Positions 27,566 to 32,000 of a stretch of DNA of 32,000 nt are shown here, one piece after another. Under the pieces are notes generated by a model. It was given only the letters and a program-made list of their open reading frames with translations. It was not told the DNA's origin and searched no databases. Position 1 is the stretch's first letter. Each line of letters opens with the position of its first letter. Origin of the DNA: Pseudomonas aeruginosa (lineage in GTDB: Bacteria > Pseudomonadota > Gammaproteobacteria > Pseudomonadales > Pseudomonadaceae). The position numbers and the translations under genes were made by a program. The stretch lies in the NCBI RefSeq assembly GCF_001457615.1, contig NZ_LN831024.1:3270001-3302000 (forward strand). Direction: 5' to 3'.

Positions 27566-28198
27566 TCAGGCGTCCGCCAGCAACAGGTAGGGAGAACTGC
27601 GCAGGCTGTCGAGTCCGGCGCGAAACATGCGTTCGGCGCGGTTCCAGGGATCGTCGCGCAGGCGCTCGGTCCAGGCCAGGGTGCCGCAGATGCCGTCCCA
27701 GAGCGATTGCAGATAGATGCTGGCCAGCTCGACGTCCAGCCGCGCCGGCAGTTCGCCGCGCTCCACCGCCCGGCGGATCTGCCGGAGGCCGAAGCGTTGC
27801 CCCTGCTTCTCGAGCAGCTCGCGGCGGCGCAACAGCGGCTCGTTCTCGTCGCTGCGTTCGCACTTGAGGTAGAGGATCTCCAGCACCCGCTGCACCGAAC
27901 CGGGCTCGCAGCACTGGCGGAGAAAGCCCATGCCGGCGCGCAGGAGGATATCCAGCGCCGGCACCCTGGCGTTTTCGTCGGGTACCTCGATCTGGCCGAA
28001 GGCGCGGTCGCACATCGCCAGGCAGACCTCGATCTTGTTCTTGTAGTGGCCGTAGACCGCACCGCGAGAAACCCCGGCGGCGTCCGCCAGGTCGGCCATG
28101 GCAGTGGTGCCCACGCCCTTTTCCAGGAAAACCCGCTCGGCGGCATCGAGTATGCCGTCGCGGGTTTTCTGGGATTCCTCTTTGGTTTTCCTGGCCAC
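27566..28198 (-). CDS. mexZ: TetR-family repressor of mexXY
   Basis: 210 aa: MARKTKEESQKTRDGILDAAERVFLEKGVGTTAMADLADAAGVSRGAVYGHYKNKIEVC; divergent from mexX. Confidence 0.96.
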   Translation of the reverse strand: MARKTKEESQKTRDGILDAAERVFLEKGVGTTAMADLADAAGVSRGAVYGHYKNKIEVCLAMCDRAFGQIEVPDENARVPALDILLRAGMGFLRQCCEPGSVQRVLEILYLKCERSDENEPLLRRRELLEKQGQRFGLRQIRRAVERGELPARLDVELASIYLQSLWDGICGTLAWTERLRDDPWNRAERMFRAGLDSLRSSPYLLLADA

Positions 28199-28263
28199 TG
28201 AACGTCCTCACAAGGGAAAGGCGCCGCAGATCATAAGGATATGTTACAGAAACGCCAATTAAT

Positions 28264-28283
28264 TAATCACTCATGATTGATTA
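28264..28283. promoter_or_regulatory. Candidate MexZ operator in the mexZ-mexX intergenic region
   Basis: TAATCACTCATGATTGATTA, a 20-bp near-palindrome (one mismatched pair) in the divergent promoter. Confidence 0.75.
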
Positions 28284-28362
28284 TATGCTACTGTCGCGCC
28301 GCTCGTGAGTTGCGGTGCCCTTTCCCGGGCAAGCTCGCGAGTTCACGAATCGAGGGACACCC

Positions 28363-29553
28363 ATGCACATCCAATGGACCGGCTCGCTGCGCGGGCTGCT
28401 GGCGGCCCTGGTCGCCCTATTCCTGCTGGGCTGCGAAGAAGCAGCGGACGCCGGGAAGACTGCGGAGGCCCCCGCCGAGGTCGGCGTGATCGTCGCCAGG
28501 CCGGCGCCTATCGGCATCACCAGCGAGCTGCCCGGACGCCTGGAAGCGTACCGCCAGGCTGAAGTGCGGGCGCGCGTCGCCGGCATCGTCACCCGTCGCC
28601 TGTACGAGGAAGGCCAGGACGTCCGCGCCGGCACCGTGCTGTTCCAGATCGACCCTGCGCCCTTGAAGGCGGCCCTGGACATCAGCCGCGGCGCCCTGGC
28701 CCGGGCCGAGGCCAGCCACGCGGCGGCGGCCGACAAGCTCAAGCGCTACGCCGACCTGATCAAGGACCGCGCCATCAGCGAACGCGAGTACACCGAAGCG
28801 CAGACCGACGCGCGCCAGGCCCTGGCGCAGATCGCCTCGGCCAAGGCCGAACTGGAGCAGGCCCGCCTGCGCCTGGGCTACGCCACGGTCACCGCGCCGA
28901 TCGACGGCCGCGCGCGGCGTGCGCTGGTCACCGAAGGCGCGCTGGTCGGCGAGGACTCGCCGACACCGCTGACCCGCGTCGAGCAGATCGATCCGATCTA
29001 CGTGAACTTCTCCCAGCCGGCCGGCGAAGTCGCCGCCATGCAGCGGGCGATCCGCGAAGGCCAGGTGAAGGGTGTCGCCGACAAGGACATCGCCGTGCGC
29101 CTGGTCCTGGCCGACGGCAGCGAGTACCCGCTGGCCGGCGAGCTGCTGTTCTCCGACCTGGCGGTCGACCCCGGCACCGACACCATCGCCATGCGTGCCC
29201 TGTTCCGCAATCCGCATCGCGAATTGCTGCCCGGCGGCTACGTGCAGGTGCGCCTGCAGCGCGCGGTGAACCCGCAGGCGATCACCGTCCCGCGCGACGC
29301 GCTGATCCGTACCGCCCAGTCCGCCGTGGTCAAGGTGGTCAACCCACAGGGCGTGGTGGAAGACGTGGAGGTCCGCGCCGACACCCTGCAGGGCCGCGAC
29401 TGGATCATCAGCCGCGGGCTCAAGGGCGGCGAGCGTGTGATCGTCGAGAACGCCGCCCAGCATGCCGCCGGCTCCAGCGTCCAGGCGGTGGTCCGCCAGC
29501 CGGCCAGCGCCGACGCCCCCTCACCGCTGGCCGCCTCGCCGGCGGGCCAGTGA
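28363..29553 (+). CDS. mexX: RND efflux periplasmic adaptor MexX
   Basis: Lipoprotein-like N-terminus (LLALVALFLLGCEE), MFP-type barrel-sandwich sequence; immediately upstream of an RND transporter and divergent from mexZ. Confidence 0.96.
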   Translation: MHIQWTGSLRGLLAALVALFLLGCEEAADAGKTAEAPAEVGVIVARPAPIGITSELPGRLEAYRQAEVRARVAGIVTRRLYEEGQDVRAGTVLFQIDPAPLKAALDISRGALARAEASHAAAADKLKRYADLIKDRAISEREYTEAQTDARQALAQIASAKAELEQARLRLGYATVTAPIDGRARRALVTEGALVGEDSPTPLTRVEQIDPIYVNFSQPAGEVAAMQRAIREGQVKGVADKDIAVRLVLADGSEYPLAGELLFSDLAVDPGTDTIAMRALFRNPHRELLPGGYVQVRLQRAVNPQAITVPRDALIRTAQSAVVKVVNPQGVVEDVEVRADTLQGRDWIISRGLKGGERVIVENAAQHAAGSSVQAVVRQPASADAPSPLAASPAGQ

Positions 29554-29568
29554 CGGAGAACGCTACGA

Positions 29569-32000
29569 ATGGCTCGTTTCTTCATTGACCGGCCGGTCTT
29601 CGCCTGGGTGATCTCCCTGCTGATCGTGCTCGCCGGGGTCCTGGCGATCCGCTTCCTGCCGGTCGCCCAGTACCCGGACATCGCGCCGCCGGTGGTCAAC
29701 GTCAGCGCCAGCTATCCCGGCGCCTCGGCCAAGGTGGTCGAGGAAGCGGTGACCGCGATCATCGAGCGCGAGATGAACGGCGCGCCCGGCCTGCTCTACA
29801 CCAAGGCCACCAGCAGCACCGGCCAGGCCTCGCTGACCCTGACCTTCCGCCAGGGCGTGAACGCCGACCTCGCCGCGGTGGAAGTGCAGAACCGCCTGAA
29901 GATCGTCGAGTCGCGCCTGCCCGAATCGGTGCGGCGCGACGGCATCTACGTGGAGAAGGCGGCGGACAGCATCCAGCTGATCGTTACCCTTACCTCCTCC
30001 AGCGGCCGCTACGACGCCATGGAGCTGGGCGAGATCGCCTCGTCCAACGTGTTGCAGGCGCTGCGCCGGGTGGAGGGCGTGGGCAAGGTCGAGACCTGGG
30101 GCGCCGAGTACGCCATGCGCATCTGGCCCGACCCGGCCAAGCTGACCTCGATGAACCTCAGCGCCAGCGACCTGGTCAACGCCGTGCGCCGGCACAACGC
30201 CCGCCTCACCGTGGGCGACATCGGCAACCTCGGGGTCCCCGACTCGGCGCCGATCAGCGCCACGGTGAAGGTCGACGACACCCTGGTGACGCCCGAGCAG
30301 TTCGGCGAAATTCCGCTGCGCATCCGCGCCGACGGCGGCGCGATCCGCCTGCGCGACGTGGCCCGCGTCGAGTTCGGCCAGAGCGAGTACGGCTTCGTCT
30401 CGCGGGTCAACCAGATGACCGCCACCGGCCTGGCGGTGAAGATGGCGCCCGGCTCCAACGCGGTGGCCACCGCCAAGCGCATCCGCGCCACCCTCGACGA
30501 GCTGTCGCGCTACTTCCCGGAGGGCGTGAGCTACAACATCCCCTATGACACCTCGGCGTTCGTCGAGATCTCGATCAGGAAGGTGGTCAGCACCCTGCTC
30601 GAGGCGATGCTGCTGGTGTTCGCCGTGATGTACCTGTTCATGCAGAACTTCCGCGCCACCCTGATCCCGACACTGGTGGTGCCGGTGGCCCTGCTGGGCA
30701 CCTTCACGGTGATGCTCGGCCTGGGCTTCTCGATCAACGTGCTGACCATGTTCGGCATGGTCCTGGCGATCGGCATCCTGGTGGACGACGCGATCATCGT
30801 GGTGGAGAACGTCGAGCGGCTGATGGCCGAGGAAGGCCTGTCGCCGCACGACGCCACGGTCAAGGCGATGCGCCAGATCAGCGGGGCCATCGTCGGCATC
30901 ACCGTGGTGCTGGTCTCGGTGTTCGTGCCGATGGCGTTCTTCAGCGGCGCGGTGGGCAACATCTACCGCCAGTTCGCGGTGACCCTGGCGGTCTCCATCG
31001 GCTTCTCGGCGTTCCTCGCGCTGTCGCTGACCCCGGCCCTGTGCGCCACCCTGCTGCGCCCGATCGACGCCGACCACCATGAGAAGCGCGGCTTCTTCGG
31101 CTGGTTCAACCGCGCCTTCCTGCGCCTGACCGGACGCTACCGCAACGCGGTGGCCGGCATCCTCGCCCGGCCGATCCGCTGGATGCTGGTCTACGCCCTG
31201 GTCATCGGCGTGGTCGCCCTGCTCTTCGTGCGCCTGCCGCAGGCGTTCCTGCCGGAAGAGGACCAGGGCGACTTCATGATCATGGTGATGCAGCCCGAAG
31301 GCACGCCGATGGCGGAGACCATGGCCAACGTCGGCGACGTCGAGCGCTACCTGGCGGAGCACGAACCGGTGGCCTACGCCTATGCGGTCGGCGGCTTCAG
31401 CCTGTACGGCGACGGCACCAGCTCGGCGATGATCTTCGCCACCCTGAAGGACTGGTCGGAACGCCGGGAGGCCAGCCAGCACGTCGGCGCCATCGTCGAG
31501 CGCATCAACCAGCGCTTCGCCGGCCTGCCCAACCGTACGGTGTATGCGATGAACTCGCCGCCGCTGCCGGACCTGGGTTCCACCAGCGGCTTCGACTTCC
31601 GCCTGCAGGACCGTGGCGGGGTTGGCTACGAGGCCCTGGTCAAGGCCCGCGACCAGTTGCTGGCGCGCGCCGCCGAAGACCCGCGCCTGGCCAACGTGAT
31701 GTTCGCCGGCCAGGGCGAGGCGCCGCAGATCCGCCTGGACATCGACCGGCGCAAGGCGGAGACCCTCGGCGTGAGCATGGACGAGATCAACACCACCCTG
31801 GCGGTGATGTTCGGCTCGGACTACATCGGCGACTTCATGCACGGTAGCCAGGTGCGCAAGGTGGTGGTCCAGGCCGACGGCGCCAAGCGCCTGGGCATCG
31901 ACGACATCGGCCGGCTTCACGTGCGCAACGAGCAGGGCGAGATGGTGCCGCTGGCGACGTTCGCCAAGGCCGCCTGGACCCTCGGCCCGCCGCAACTGAC
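29569..32000 (+). CDS. mexY: RND efflux inner-membrane transporter MexY, partial (3' end beyond window)
   Basis: MARFFIDRPVFAWVISLLIVLAGVLAIRFLPVAQYPDIAPPVVNVSASYPGASAKVVEEAVTAIIEREMNG...; open to window end. Confidence 0.97.
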   Translation, partial: MARFFIDRPVFAWVISLLIVLAGVLAIRFLPVAQYPDIAPPVVNVSASYPGASAKVVEEAVTAIIEREMNGAPGLLYTKATSSTGQASLTLTFRQGVNADLAAVEVQNRLKIVESRLPESVRRDGIYVEKAADSIQLIVTLTSSSGRYDAMELGEIASSNVLQALRRVEGVGKVETWGAEYAMRIWPDPAKLTSMNLSASDLVNAVRRHNARLTVGDIGNLGVPDSAPISATVKVDDTLVTPEQFGEIPLRIRADGGAIRLRDVARVEFGQSEYGFVSRVNQMTATGLAVKMAPGSNAVATAKRIRATLDELSRYFPEGVSYNIPYDTSAFVEISIRKVVSTLLEAMLLVFAVMYLFMQNFRATLIPTLVVPVALLGTFTVMLGLGFSINVLTMFGMVLAIGILVDDAIIVVENVERLMAEEGLSPHDATVKAMRQISGAIVGITVVLVSVFVPMAFFSGAVGNIYRQFAVTLAVSIGFSAFLALSLTPALCATLLRPIDADHHEKRGFFGWFNRAFLRLTGRYRNAVAGILARPIRWMLVYALVIGVVALLFVRLPQAFLPEEDQGDFMIMVMQPEGTPMAETMANVGDVERYLAEHEPVAYAYAVGGFSLYGDGTSSAMIFATLKDWSERREASQHVGAIVERINQRFAGLPNRTVYAMNSPPLPDLGSTSGFDFRLQDRGGVGYEALVKARDQLLARAAEDPRLANVMFAGQGEAPQIRLDIDRRKAETLGVSMDEINTTLAVMFGSDYIGDFMHGSQVRKVVVQADGAKRLGIDDIGRLHVRNEQGEMVPLATFAKAAWTLGPPQL

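Noticed and set aside
29563-31995. 810-aa minus-strand ORF
   Set aside because: Antisense to mexY; typical high-GC shadow.

Overview
This is a gene-dense, high-GC chromosomal window that matches Pseudomonas aeruginosa by gene content and order (my recognition, not a database search). It runs roughly from the CmrA/ABM-protein locus (PA2047/PA2048-like) down to mexZ-mexX-mexY (PA2020-PA2018-like). I support 29 coding sequences, 2 of them partial at the window edges, and one truncated VOC-family fragment. Recognisable genes are cmrA-like AraC regulator, a second yidD-like gene, sstT, pauA4-like gamma-glutamylpolyamine synthetase with an adjacent APC permease, azlC/azlD-like exporter, an orphan thiamine-diphosphate enzyme, an iron-regulated-looking SIP flavoprotein plus methyltransferase pair, a MocR/GntR regulator divergent from a DUF1127 gene, Lrp/AsnC, a BASS-family transporter, gor, galU, ugd and mexZ/mexX/mexY. 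Most of the window is ordinary core genome. I do not see a CRISPR array, prophage, transposase, tRNA or rRNA, nor an obvious new multi-gene defence system. The best leads are: (1) a phased set of CTTGCCTG repeats (21-bp and 63-bp spacing) plus a perfect 9-1-9 palindrome upstream of the cmrA-like gene; (2) an AT-richer insert at about 13.25-14.7 kb carrying one orphan SAM methyltransferase; (3) a Fur-box-like site ahead of an overlapping SIP/methyltransferase pair; (4) small-protein operons around DUF1127/zinc-ribbon and Lrp/ACT-like genes; (5) an ectopic YidD paralogue beside a transglutaminase-like exported protein.
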